From Callorhinchus milii (lineage: Eukaryota), in NCBI RefSeq assembly GCF_018977255.1, contig NW_024704743.1, positions 97,714,001 to 97,778,000 of the forward strand: DNA of 64,000 bases. The letters are read 5' to 3'. A program made the translations under genes and the position numbers. How positions within the stretch are numbered: position 1 is the first letter of the stretch; every line of letters starts with the position of its first letter. A model generated the notes under the pieces. That model did no database searches. It was given only the letters and a program-made list of their open reading frames with translations, and was not told where the DNA came from. Shown here one piece after another: positions 1-12,866 of the stretch.

Positions 1-139
1 TGGTAGGTACAAGGAACTCTGCAAACAATCAAGGTACATTCCAGGCACTGAATGTGTCCCTTCCAGCATTTGTTGCCTCAAGCCTCGGAGTTTCCTCATC
101 AGTTATCTGTCAGATATCTACCTTCAGCATGGTGTCGTC

Positions 140-1612
140 TATCTTCAAGAGCTGTCATCACCCCCATCCTGAAACAACCTTCCCTGGACCCATCCTACTC
201 TTCAGCTACCGCCCCATCTCTAACCTCCCATTCCTCTCCAAGATCCTGGAACAAGTCGTCGCGTCGCAGCTCCGCTCCTTTCTCTCTCACCATTCCCTCT
301 TTGAACCCCTCAAATCTGGCTTCCGCGCTGCCCACAGCACAGAAACAGCCCTGGTCAAAGTCACTAATGACATTCTGAGCATCTGTGTTCAGGGCTTCCT
401 CTGCCTCCTTGTCCTCCTCGACCTCTCTGCCGCCTTCGACACTGTCGACCACTCCATCCTCATACACCGCCTCTCCTCCTTTCTTAAACTTCGCAGACCT
501 GACCTTGCCTGGTTCGATTCCTATCTCTCTCACCGTCTCCACTTCGTTGCCTCTAACGGTTTCTCCTCCAGCCCCCGCACTGTCACGTCTGGCGTTCCCC
601 AGGGCTCTGTCCTTGGCCCTCCTCTTTAATATCTATGTGCTCCCCCTTGGTGACATCATTCACAGACATGGGGTCAACTTCCACATGTATGCGGATGACA
701 CCCAATTCTATCTTTCTGCCTCCACCCTCAACTCCAGGACCACTGCTGTCCTGACAGACTGCCTGTCGGACATCAAGTCCTGGATGAGGGCAAATTTCCT
801 ACAGTTGAATGTGAACAAGACTGAGGTCCTCCTGATTGACTCGCGCCAGTGCCTCAGCACCTCAGGCTCTGTCAACATCAACCTCCATGGTTGCCCACTG
901 CAACTCACCAAGTCAGTCAGGAACCTAGGTGTCTTGTTCAACCCTCAACTGTCTTTTCTTTCCCACATCCAAGCCATGACCCGCTCTGCCTTCCCTCACC
1001 TCCGTAACATCGCTTGACTCCGCCACTACCTTGTTCATGCTTTCATCACCTCAAGGCTCGATTAGGCAAACGCCCTGCTTGTCGGCCTTCCCAACTCCTC
1101 CCTCCACAGGCTGCAGATAATCCAGAACTCTGCAGCCCGTGTCCTCTCCCGCACCAAACTCTGTGACCCCATCTCCCCCATTCTCGCCCGACTCCATTGG
1201 CTCCCTATCCTTCAGAGGATCCCGTTGAAACTCCTGATCCTCACATACAAAGTCCTCAATGGTCTCGCCCCACCCTATCTCTGTGACCCCCTAACCCCCT
1301 ACCAACCCGCCCACTCCTTCTGCTCAGCCGGCTCTGGCCGGCTCCATGTCCCCCGACCCACCCACCCCACCATTGGCGGGAGAGCCTTCAGCCACTCTGC
1401 CCCCAACCTCTGGAATTCCATCCCCCAATCACTCCACCTCGCCCCCTCCTTAGCCTCCTTCAAGTCCCGCCTCAAACCCCTCCTCTTCGACCATGCCATT
1501 GGTCACCCTTCCCCTCCCGACCCCAGCTCAGGTCTGAAATGCTGTACACTGTGCAGCGCCTTGGGCGTCCTCCTGATGTGAAAGGCGCTACATAAATGTA
1601 ATCTTGTTGTTG
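140..1612 (+). mobile_element. L2-clade LINE, 5'-truncated and frameshifted (RT domain plus 3' tail)
   Basis: [44 protein letters not shown] and RLHWLP are spread over several frames. Ends in the stem-loop tail plus (TTG)n. Confidence 0.95.
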
Positions 1613-1784
1613 GTGAGAGGATTATGTGTAAGGGACACCATTAAAAAGTCTTGGCCATCTTGCCAGTATGTTTTTCGTTCATGGAAGAGACGTGTTGCAC
1701 GTGGACCGTTACCCTGTGGAACCCTTGTTTACACCTTAGCTCAAAACATAAAAATCTCCTCTCTGTCTGTTAGCCAGGAGCCTC

Positions 1785-2046
1785 TCTTCAGCCGCTCTTC
1801 CCCCACACTCTGGAACTCCATCCCATGGTCCCTTCGCCTCGCTTCCTCCCCTCGCATCCTTCAAGACTGATTTCAAGACCCTTCTCTTCAACCGTGCCTT
1901 TGGTCTCCCTCCCACCTATCTGCCTTCCCTCTCCCCTACACCACCGCTCCCCCATGCTCAGGTCCCGACATCTGACTGTTCAGCGCTTTGGGACGTCCTC
2001 CCGACGTGAAAGGCGCTCTGTAAATGTAATTTTGTTGTTGTTGTTG
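1785..2046 (+). mobile_element. L2 3' end fragment
   Basis: TLWNSIP motif, then cagcgctttgggacgtcctcccgacgtgaaaggcgct and (TTG)n. Confidence 0.85.
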
Positions 2047-5000
2047 TGAGGATCCTGAGAAATTAGGTTGGTGAATAACCCACTGCATAACACTGTTACC
2101 GATCAGGCAGCCCTCTGGCTAGTGTTATAAATGCGAAAATGTCACACTGTGGCAAATAACAGGTGTTTTTATGATGTTTGGCTAAGTCATTTTGCTGTGG
2201 CAGAGAGCAGGAGCTTTATTCAGCATCTACCTCTTCAATACCTGAACAGTGTCCCTAAACTGGATCGCGCTCCATTTCTCACTACTGGGTAAGTATCAAT
2301 GAACTAAAAAGTCTGTCACACAGTACTGCATATAAAATCCGATAGCAATGATTGATGCAAATAATTTGTATTACATCTGTCTGCATTAGAGAATACTTCC
2401 TATTTTCCCAATCAGGGAAAAAACATTACATAGAATTGAGAATTATTAAAACAACCTACCTCAGAATTGTCCTGTCATTTAATGGACTATGGTGCAGTGA
2501 AATCTGCAGCACATACCTATCAGCCAGGCCTACAGGCCCATCATCAGAAAATATATTCCTGGGCTTGTGACCAATAAGAAAAGGGGGCGGTATGATAAAT
2601 AACTCCCTCTGATGTCAAACTGTGGTATGGTACTCTTCAGCAGACTGCCAGAACACACAAGCGAAGGTTCATTAAGAAAAATAAGGAAAAAAGAAAGAAC
2701 ACCTTATTCTTATAGCTGGGGCAAGTATTTCGGTTTTAAAAAAAGGACTTTGTTTCCTTTTTATTAATCCCCCAACAGGCATGCTGTGTATTGCTTCTAT
2801 GTTCATTTTTGGAGCACTGCACTGTATATTGTGCAGTACTAAAATTGCATCACTGTAGGTCACCTTTTATGCTTTGTTGAAAGGCAGATACTGGAGACAA
2901 CATGCAGGCTTTCTGCACTCAGTGCAGACCTTAGCCAGGATTAAACATCCAACAGGGACAAAAATGTCCCTGAACAGTACTTTCAGACACAATATTTCAT
3001 AAAGATAAACTGGCTGCCTATAATCACTGTTAGTCAAGGAAGAAAATCAGTCTTATCCCCAGATGGCTATGTTGCCTACCAATCATATAAAACAAATTAG
3101 CTGCAAATGCACCCACACAGAACTGGAACATTGATTTAAAGGTTGTCATTTGTATTTCTGCAATTCTCTCTTTTTTTAAAAAAAATCTTGACTTTTCAAA
3201 GCTTTGTACAATTCTGTGGTCCTCACAGCAGTAGCTCTGTGGGGAAGCTCCGAGGCAGAATAATTTATTGAAATAGGGAATAAAAGCCATTCTTCTCAGC
3301 CTGACCATGCCCGCACAATGAAATTAAGAATTTAGGTTGAGATGTACAACATATGACTCTGAAAAGTGATTATATTTTATGTGTTAGATTGTACAATATG
3401 CTGCATTTTTTGTATATGTATTTTACTGGTGTAGTTATATCAATTTGCTTCTAGAGCAAAGAGAGGAAAGGTAGTGAAACAGTGAATCTGTCAGTGTGTA
3501 TGTGTATAATAGCACTGCCACATACTTCAGGATCAGAGCGTTTAATTTGTTGGGAGAAAAGGAAGGTTTTTTTAAAAAAAAGTGGAATAAAGGCACAGAT
3601 AGAAAAAAACAAGACAAAGTTGCAGTTATTCCTCCTGACTTTTGGGACTTGAAACACAAACATTGGAAAAAACAAGAAACTGGCATTCATTTGTGCATCC
3701 AGCTTGGTCACCACATCTGATTTTTTTAAAAAAAGAAAACAAAATAAAACAAAGGTTTAATCCCACTATTAATTTATTTTTAAAGACAATAAATAGCATT
3801 TAGGCTGTTTTCATTTGCTGATACAGCAATTCTTAATTTAGTAATTTTCATGGACTTCATAACCTAGACTCAGCTGATTTCCTTTGTCTTAGGAACTACA
3901 AACAAACAAACAAAGCCCAATGGAACATAGAAAGGAAACCATTATAATGTCGCCTGGAATAGCACTGCCTCACCTATATGGACCAGCAATAACTGGCAGC
4001 ATGTGTACACTCAACTTCCAACTTCTAGCACTGAAAAGCCAGCTTCCTGCACTAAAGACACTCATCTTCTATGAGGTTTTCGCCTAACAACAACAAATTA
4101 CATTTGTATAGCGCCGTTCACGTTGGGAGGACATCCCAAAGCGCTGGAATAACGAACATTGTAAGTAATGAACATTGTGGACTTACGCAGAAAGAGTGAC
4201 TGATATTGCCTCCTGTGCACTGTGAATGCACATTATATATGGAGGAACAGTCACTGATGTTACTACATGCTGTGCATGTGTGCAAGAAGTGCTTCTAAAG
4301 TCATTCCACGAAGGAAGTGACATCAATGGTACTTTTTGCACATAGCATGCACAACAGGGAAATAATGTTAGCAATGCTTTCTGTGAATACAAACCAGAAG
4401 TGATACCATGGTTACTTGACAAACCGGAAGGCAACTATTTATTCATGCTTCATTTATAAAGTGGCTTCTGAGCTATTGGATCCAGAGGACTTTGTTATAC
4501 TGTAGCTAAAATATACAATTAATCTGATGCATTGAACACCAATTCATTGAAGTTGGACTCCTAAGAATCTGCACCTAATTTCAGTGCTAATATTCAGCAA
4601 TGTTAGTTTATTTCCAAGCACTACAACATTTTGATCATCCCTTCAACACTTGCCACATTTAAGAAAATCATAAACTTATCAACAATTATTTGTGGATACA
4701 ATATTCAATATGGTAAATACAGAATAAGCAGATAAGTTTAGTTGTCTATTCCACTTGTATTTAAATACAAGCGTAAAAATATCATCAATGAGCTTTACTA
4801 AACGTAAGCATGCCAACAAGCACCATTCATTTTAAACAAAAAACCTTTATCAGTATCTTTCAGAAACAAAATGCTACATTCATTTATAAAATGGCCCATT
4901 TTAAAAATGACATTCAACAAAATGTACATAAAACGGACATCTTTGTAAGTATGTTTACAATTCAAGTAGACTGCCAATAGGTTACAATCAACTGAATAAG

Positions 5001-8000
5001 TCATGAAACCACAATACATTTCCACAAATTTAACTATGAAAAGGTGCCAACTGTTTGATTCTATAATGGCTATTTTTTCATTAAATACAGTGCCTGTTAT
5101 AAATAAAATAAATTAGCACTTCATAGCACAGCTTGAACTGTAATAGGATGTGCAGGATGTACTAAGAAAGCTCTTTCATCTGGGTTTACATTTGACGCAA
5201 CATGAACAAACATCCTTAAGATTAAAGCAGTAGTTCCAACCGACGTTGCTTCAATGCCTTAAATTTGAAGAAGCTCCTGAGATTTTAAATGTCAACAGGT
5301 TTGCTCAGATTTCCTGATTAAAATTATTTTTTTCTCCTCTTCACACCTGAAGGTGTTGAATTTGAAGGTGTACTTGGGTACATGGCCTTAGATGCCATCC
5401 TTACTAAGCAGATATTCTTCATATGTGAATCAACAAAATATATATTTTTTGTATAATTAACAACAGCAGTGCAGTTTGCATTGCAGCCAAGCCAGATCCT
5501 GTTCACGCAAGCACACCTTCAGTAATAGCAATTTGGAGTAGGAACACTGATTGATTCGGTGCATATCCTTGACTGTTTGTGCGCTTTGGGACCTCCTCCC
5601 GACAAGAAAGATACTATACAAGTGTAATTTGTTGTTGTGGTTGATTCTAGCTCCTTAACCTCCAATTAAATGAAAAGACCCCGTAGCAAGATGCTGGCTG
5701 CTAACTCAGTGCAGGACAAGGTTTGAAACTGGGACATTTGCATTCTACGTGGCCTATTAAAGCACCAGGCAGTACCTTTACCCAATTTTCAAGACAATAC
5801 AGCTTCCTGATGGTCTCTACAGAATCACAAGATGCAAGTTTCTATCTGCAATTTCTTAAATCGATAATTGGCACTTATGTGGTGTATTTCATGTAAGGGG
5901 AGCAACTCGAAAAGTGTTTTACAAACCGCAGTGGGTGCTCAAGCCAGTGGGGAGATAGGAAGGATGAAATTTACATTGTGAAATTCAGATCTCTGCCAGA
6001 TATCAGAGTGAATTACAGAATGTGTTACATGTTGAAACGAGAGAAAGAGAAAGAGGCCTTAGACAAATTGTATTATTAGTGAATATTCATAATAGCAGTT
6101 TTAAATCCACTCCTCCAAAAGAGAATAACTTAAGAACTTTAAGTAGCAGAAAATCATAATAAAATGTTGCAGATTGGAGAATACAGAGGTTTTCTCAATG
6201 CAAGATCCATTCCCATCCCACACCCCATCTAGTTAATGTGAAAATGGTAGAAGCTAGTACTGCACTGTCCTGGCTCAGGCACGATCAACTTGACAACAAA
6301 AGATGAAAAAGATGTGAGATTTAATTAACAGCAGTTTATTGATCTACTAATGTGAATATTAGATGAGTTGCTGTATAGCGAGTGTGAGATTGTAGAAAAA
6401 ATCTTTTATTACTAGGAATAATTTTATACCTTTTAAGCAACTATTAGATGAACAAAAAGCAAGTCCTGGGAAACGCAGACTTGGCAATGTCAGCTGCATC
6501 CTTATCTGGGCATTTCACAGAAGCAGGGAAGCAGTAACTTCTGCAAACCTTGAAATGAATAAGACATTGTCTGATACAAACACCATCTGGAGATAAGCTT
6601 ATGCCTCAAACGTCCCTGAATCATCCCCTAACCTAGGCCCCCTTCCTTCATTATTTCTTACTCTGTGTTATAAATTTAAAGGTTACATTCTTGTTAGATA
6701 GCTTTAGAATATATCTTGTGTACTTTAGACAACGGCATTAATCAGGTACATACTCTATGCCAATTATATTTTCTTGACTCTTAAAAGAATAATAATCAGC
6801 ATGAATAGAGACTAATTAGTAGACGACATTTAACCTTGTTAAGAGATATGGATTGATTGACGTCACCATTCAAATAGTTGTTGGAGCCACACGATTGATA
6901 ATATTTTTTTAATTGCCTTTGGATGTGTTACGACCTTGAGCACTTTTTGGGGATAAAAAGGCTGCTTTAACTGACCATCAGCAGCTCATTTTTTGGACTG
7001 TCAGGTGCTCTACTTGGAGACTTTTGACTGTTTTTGAATCAGCTCTTTTAATTGCAATTAAATCTTACTTTGGATATATCCACGGTGTATTGTCTGTTTG
7101 TAAGACACCGGTTGGGACGAACAAAAAAGTTACAATTCTACAAGAGGAGGGATCTAGTAATTTATTTTTAACCTTTGTCTCATGTAAAAGTAACCCAAAA
7201 TAAGATTCTTTACAATAGATGTTGGAAAATGTCACAACTTATCATTAGAATCTTCCGCAAATTGACAAACATATTCCATATAAAGAGCAGCTACTTCCTA
7301 ACAGGATTCTACGATATATAAAGGAGTCATTTATGTCACCCAACAGCTAGATGTAAAGTAAAAACACCTATTAATCTTACACAAAGAAGGCTCCAATTCA
7401 CATTCTATTAAATCAACCTGTGAATTTACAGTGAATTGGCTGTTAAAATTGGTTTCATTAAATATATTCATTTATAATAAAAAGTATCCTAGAAGTGGCA
7501 AAGTAAGAGCTCTCAAACAGAAAGGCAGCAACCTCTGTATATAATAGCATTTTATTCAGCATTTGTGTCTTATGCCAAACAGATAATGAGTCCATGTGCA
7601 AGTCACTTATTTCAGACAGTCTCACCTAAATTCAGAAAAAATTAAACTCCTTATAAATAACAGTTAAAATCAATCTATCATTGTCTTCAGCTGCTAAGTC
7701 TACTACCCATCATCCAATCTGCTGACATTCAGCTCTTCATGCTTTTGTCAATTCAGTGTTTATCACAATGTTGCTTTTTACAAGAGTTCAGCCTATTTTC
7801 CAAATCGTAAATTGCCAGGTTTATTGCTTTTCTGTCAACACAGTGAGGGGAGTGATAAACTGCACTTCTGGTACATGTTTAATTAGTTGTAGTTTTATCA
7901 TATGCTCTGAGACCCGTTCTTTGAATTTCATAACTTAGTAAGCCTTTCAAAAAAAAAGGCAAGCTCATATCTGCAGTGCAATTACTGCCATCTCTGAAAG

Positions 8001-8170
8001 GGTATGTTCAGAAAATTAAAGTTAAAGGTTGAAAGTAAAAACAAAAAAGACAGATCAATGAAAGGAAAAAAATCTATCTTTCTTGCTCAAATGTCACTGA
8101 AATTCAAAGGTTGCAATTAAATTACACACTATTTAGCAGAATAAAGCACAGTTCCAAATATTACAAATAT

Positions 8171-8255
8171 CTGAAATGCTGCACTCTGTCCAGCGCTTTG
8201 GGACGTGCTCCCGACGTGAAAGGCGCTATACAAATGTAATCTTGTTGTTGTTGTT
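8171..8255 (+). mobile_element. L2 3' terminal fragment (about 85 bp)
   Basis: ctgaaatgctg...agcgctttgggacgt...gaaaggcgctatacaaatgtaatc(TTG)n. Confidence 0.85.
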
Positions 8256-9105
8256 ACACTGGAAACATCTTTCCTTAGGGCTTTTTAAGGTTAGCAATTG
8301 TAGCTGGCAGTGATTTTTTGGTACTCAACCACAATTACCTCTTCCATCCTTACTACATACATACTTTGTGTGTCATACTAGTTTCCAAATATGTTTTCCC
8401 CTATTTTAAAAGGAGCAAAACCCCACCACAGAGGAAATTTCAAACAATCTGGCCAAGCTCATTCTACTTCTTGACAGATTTTTTCAGTCAAACTGCTCAT
8501 ATGTTTACTTCTGGTCAACTAGCTACCCACAGCTTATTTTTCTGGTAAAGATTTATCATTCAGATCTTAAATTGCTTGAATAATATTTCTGTTCAACTCC
8601 CAGCGAATAGCCACTTTGTCCTGCCTCCTCCCTAAAATTTGTATCATTGATATGGAAGATCTGATGGAATAATGTGACTTCCTACTATAAGCATGGAATA
8701 TAACATTCACAGGTACATGTTAGAATCTACAGAGATCAAAAGGTTAAGCCTTAAGTCAAGAAACTCAAGTCAATTAAATTATTTAGGATTCACAAGAAAA
8801 GATGTCACCATTGCAAATCAATTCTCTGCTGCATCAGCAAAGTTTGATCTGGTTACCCTTCTCTCCTTACAGTGCCATGGCATCTTTAATGCCCATCAGA
8901 AGAACACCCAGACAGGACCCCATCCAAAGAAAAATGCAGCATCTGGTCTACTGAACTATAAATTTACTTTTTTAAAAAAAGATAAAACTGAAGCTTACTT
9001 CTCCAACGCTTTAAGCAACATTCCCTCTTGCCATTTAAATCATTTATCTTACTAGATTAAATATAAAACACACCCAGATTGATTTGTAAATTGACTTTGA
9101 CTTAC

Positions 9106-9243
9106 ACCAGCACAGGTCGGACAGCGTTATTCATGTTCCCATATGCTGCACGTCCCAGCAGCTCCCGGAAACAACTCTCTGCAAGTGCTGCAGGGTTCTC
9201 ATCTTTATCAGCACTTCTCGATGTTGAAGGGGGATCGTTCTTA
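9106..9243 (-). CDS. EFR3A: EFR3A exon 7 (138 nt): KNDPPSTSRSADKDENPAALAESCFRELLGRAAYGNMNNAVRPVL(V)
   Basis: tttcag|TAAGAA...CTGGT|gtaagt. Confidence 0.96.
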
Positions 9244-9778
9244 CTGAAAGCAAAAGAATGAGGCACATGTTAATGTAAAAATCAGTTTTCTTACTGAGAT
9301 AGGTCACATGGCCAACAAATTAACAGATGTCCTCAGTCTTTAGTGTATTCTGTGAAGCGCTTTGAAAGTCTTGAAGACGTGATAAAGCACTAAATCAAAT
9401 GCAAGCATTATTATCATTATTACTACAACAGAGGTTTTTCAACAGCTACCTTGATCTACAGTAATCACTAGTTTACAGTAAAATCATTTGGTGCTTTGAG
9501 ATGTTGCAACAATGTGATAAGCCACTACATCAAATACAAAGATTATGAGTAAGAATTTTTAAGATGACAGAACACTCATTCCAATTAAATATAGAAAATA
9601 ATATTATTAATTCTAGTGTTTGATAGAACGCCTTTCACATCAGGAGAACTATCAAAGCGCTTTGCAGGATATACTGTAAAGTGGAGTGACTGTGTATTTA
9701 TAGGCAAACACGGAAGTCAATTTTTGTACAGAAATGTGCCACAAATCATAATCTTGTTTGGTGGATTGATGGACAGGA

Positions 9779-10220
9779 TATAATAATAATAAATAATATA
9801 ATAATCCTTGCGTTTTGATATCGCGCTTTTTACGTCTTCTCGATGTCTCAAAGCGCTTCACAGAATAGATTGCAAAGTGAATTGACCGTATATTTGTGGG
9901 TGAAACGCGGCAGCCAATTGCGCACAGCAGCATCCCACAACCAGTCATGGATTGAAAATGACCAATTTATTTATTTTTTTGTTTTTGGAGGGATTATTAT
10001 TAGGATACCAGGAGAAACTCCCTTCTCTTTTCAAATAGTGCCATTGGATCTTTAACATCTACCCAAACAAACAGACAGGACCTCAGTTTAATATCTCATC
10101 CAAAGGAAGACACCTCCAGCAAAGCACACCCGCGATAATGCAAAACTGTCAGCCTGAATTATATTAGTTCAATGTGGGGCTTGAATCCATAATATTCTGA
10201 CTCTGAGCTCAGACTGACAC
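9779..10220 (-). mobile_element. Long Deu-domain tRNA-SINE (SacSINE1/AmnSINE-like)
   Basis: Contains the Deu core gctgtgcgcaattggctgccgcgtttc and a long 5' body shared with the copies at 59808 and 61478. Has the L2-like tail plus (ATT)n. Confidence 0.8.
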
Positions 10221-10614
10221 CTGAAATAATATACAGCATTGTTAAAAAAAAGTCCCCCTCCCAATGATTATCTGATGATGCTCAATTATTAGTGGAATCA
10301 AAATTAATAAACTTTACCCAAATAACTACTTAAGCGACTAGATGTGGGTGATAGGGTGAAGAAAATTAGGGGTAGTCATCTCTCTAAGTATCTTCACTTC
10401 ATTAGACACAGTGCCAGTGTTATTTTTAGCTCTAGAAACTAAGCACGGCCAAGTATGATGTCTTCATATCAGTCCAACATCCAGAGGCACAATCATTAAA
10501 AGCTTTTTAGTTTTTAAAAAAAATTGCTAAATCTTTCAAATCCCTTCTCATTAAATACGCATTTAGCCAGAAACCACAACGAAAAGGGCAAGGACAGGAA
10601 ATCACTCAAAAACC

Positions 10615-11100
10615 AACACTTTACACTTATATAACATCTCTCAAGTTGAGAGAATGTCTCAAAGCTTTCTACAAGGACAAAGTGGGAGCCCAAGCTGGGA
10701 AGGTGGCCAAAAGCAATGTTAAAGAGGGAGAAGAGGCAAGTTTGAGGAATTTCAGAAAGAGTTCCAGAGGGAGAGGGCATAGTGGCTGATGAGGCAGAGC
10801 AGAGGGACATGAAGCAAGCTGGAGTTAGTGGAGCAGATGGAGTGACCGGGAGAATAAAGTCACAGGAGACCGCAAAGATAGGGTGGTGTAATGCTAGGGA
10901 GACAAATGAAAATAAGGACGAAGATCTTAAAATTGATTTGCCAGGGGACAGGAGCCAGTAGAATTGGCAAAGTTGGGTTGACTGGGTCCCTGAGCTTAGA
11001 GTGTGAGAAAATATAGGCTGCAGAGTTCTGTATGATATGAGTTTGTGGGGAAGGAGCTCAAAAGGCAAGCGAGCAGGGAACTGGAAAAATCAAGTCTGGA
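10615..11100 (-). mobile_element. Degenerate L2 3' fragment
   Basis: Purine-rich on plus. Minus strand shows FGHLP/PSLGS and a tail resembling the L2 3' end. Confidence 0.65.
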
Positions 11101-11379
11101 GATCATCATTTGCTAATGGCCATCATATTCCTAAGGTAAGGCTTTCACCTAAGCTTCGCACTATACCTGTCCTTATCGTCCTTACACCTCATAGAAATAA
11201 CAACATAGATGCATATTATTTAACCCTTTGAGCCTATGCTGATGATACCTCACCACATCTACCCTCTTTGCAAGTTATGGAAGCTGCTGACTCAACTGAT
11301 CATCACCTTGAAACCTTCCCACCTAATCAATGCTCTCCAATATGGTTGGACTCAGACAGTTGGCTATGTTCCAGCATCT

Positions 11380-11955
11380 CTGTTCTCTAACCAGTGCCAA
11401 ACTCTGCACCTCATCACTCCAGTCCTTGCCAGACTCTATTGGTTCCTTGACGTAAGATGAATCAATTGCAAGATCCTCACACTCACCTACAAATCACTTC
11501 ATGTAATAGTATCTCCCTACCTCTCCAACCGCCGTGGTGTCAAACTACTCCATTATTCAGGGCTTCAAGATGCTACCCCAGGTAAAGGGCACAATATAAA
11601 TGAAAGTTGTTCTTGTTGTTGAACACTTAACACCCTGGATATCTCCAGCCTCAGTTAGGATCTGGCCTGGTACACTTCTAAAGTTACAACCTTATTGGTC
11701 GTGCACCAAAGTAATGTTTGCAACCATTTTCACTACCTATCTCCCATCTCAGTCCCTTTGCCTCCCCCCTTTCCTCACCTTCTTCAAGGTCTGTCCCAAC
11801 GATTTCCTCTTTCACTGCGCCTTCGGTGATCTTCCCCTCCTCCCCCATCCCTCCCGAAATCCAACCTCCAGCCTAAGTGCAAAACCTCAACTGTCCAGCA
11901 GCTTGTGACATATTTTCAAAGTGAAAAGTCCAATACAAAGGGAATTTGTTATTGT
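11380..11955 (+). mobile_element. Degenerate L2 3' fragments
   Basis: HLITPVLARLYWF motif and two degenerate tails (about 11620 and about 11955). Confidence 0.6.
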
Positions 11956-12156
11956 CCTGCTCAAATTTCTAATGTTAGTTTTTATTTACTATGCATTTAT
12001 TGAAATAGCTGGACAGCACCAAACAAGAAGGCACTTGATTGCCAAAATAAAAATTAAATGAACTAACATTTGATCTAATGCTGTGGTTACACTGCATTGT
12101 TTGTGTCAGTTTGACATGACTTTCATGAACTTAACTCAGATCACAGATTAGCTTAA

Positions 12157-12240
12157 CAACAACAACAACAAGATTACATTTCTTTAGCGCCTTTCACGTC
12201 AGGAGGACGTCCCAAGGCGCTGGACAGAGTACAGCATTTC
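12157..12240 (-). mobile_element. L2 3' terminal fragment with a 7-bp target-site duplication
   Basis: (AAC)n plus the reverse complement of the L2 tail, flanked by AGCTTAA at 12150-12156 and 12241-12247. Confidence 0.85.
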
Positions 12241-12716
12241 AGCTTAAGATCAAAGAGCAACTGAATAAACAACTAAAGTTGAAGGAACATGATCTGAACT
12301 AACAGAAGAGGTATGTGCTCACTTCATGGAGTTAGATCAGCATGATTACTGCATAAATTGAGCCGATAAGAATCAAAACATTTTAAAGTGTTGAACTTTA
12401 GAATGTTCTCTGGATCACTTCCATGTTTTTGATTCGAGAAAAAATGTCAATAGTTCCTCCCCCCACCTCCCATTACCAGTTTGCAACTCATTAAGCTTTG
12501 CTCCTGACATGAAAGTTGCTATCTAAATGTAAATTGTTGCTGTTGTTGATTCTGCCGTTTTGATCTTAGCATTAAATTAGGTGTGGTTCACAATAGCACA
12601 ATTTCAATGACAAGATGTGTAAAAGCCAACAAAAGAACTTAGGGCTCAAGCAGTTAATGTTGCAAATTGTTAAAGAAAAGTTCTCTGCTCTATCTGCCTC
12701 GATCAGACACTCTGAC

Positions 12717-12866
12717 CTGTCACTCTCCTCAGTCTTTTGCATGTTGAAGAGAAGTGAAGGAACAATTTTATCCATGTGCTGAGGCTCCCAGATTATAGTT
12801 TGCAGTTCATCATTGACCGTCTTCCGTACAACTCCCTGAATGCCTTTGATTCCAGCAATCCTGATC
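12717..12866 (-). CDS. EFR3A: EFR3A exon 6 (150 nt): IRIAGIKGIQGVVRKTVNDELQTIIWEPQHMDKIVPSLLFNMQKTEESD(S)
   Basis: ttccag|GATCAG...GACAG|gtcaga. The 3' part is visible in ORF 12572..12775. Confidence 0.96.

Noticed and set aside
2452..2680. Possible exon ending at the minus-strand donor GAG|GTAGGT (about 2460)
   Set aside because: The translation has no resemblance to EFR3 and there is no other support.
1..9105. EFR3A exon 8 (HLDxHxLWxPxxFAxxCFKIIMYSIQ)
   Set aside because: No matching frame was found by eye. It is probably outside the window, though a miss cannot be excluded.
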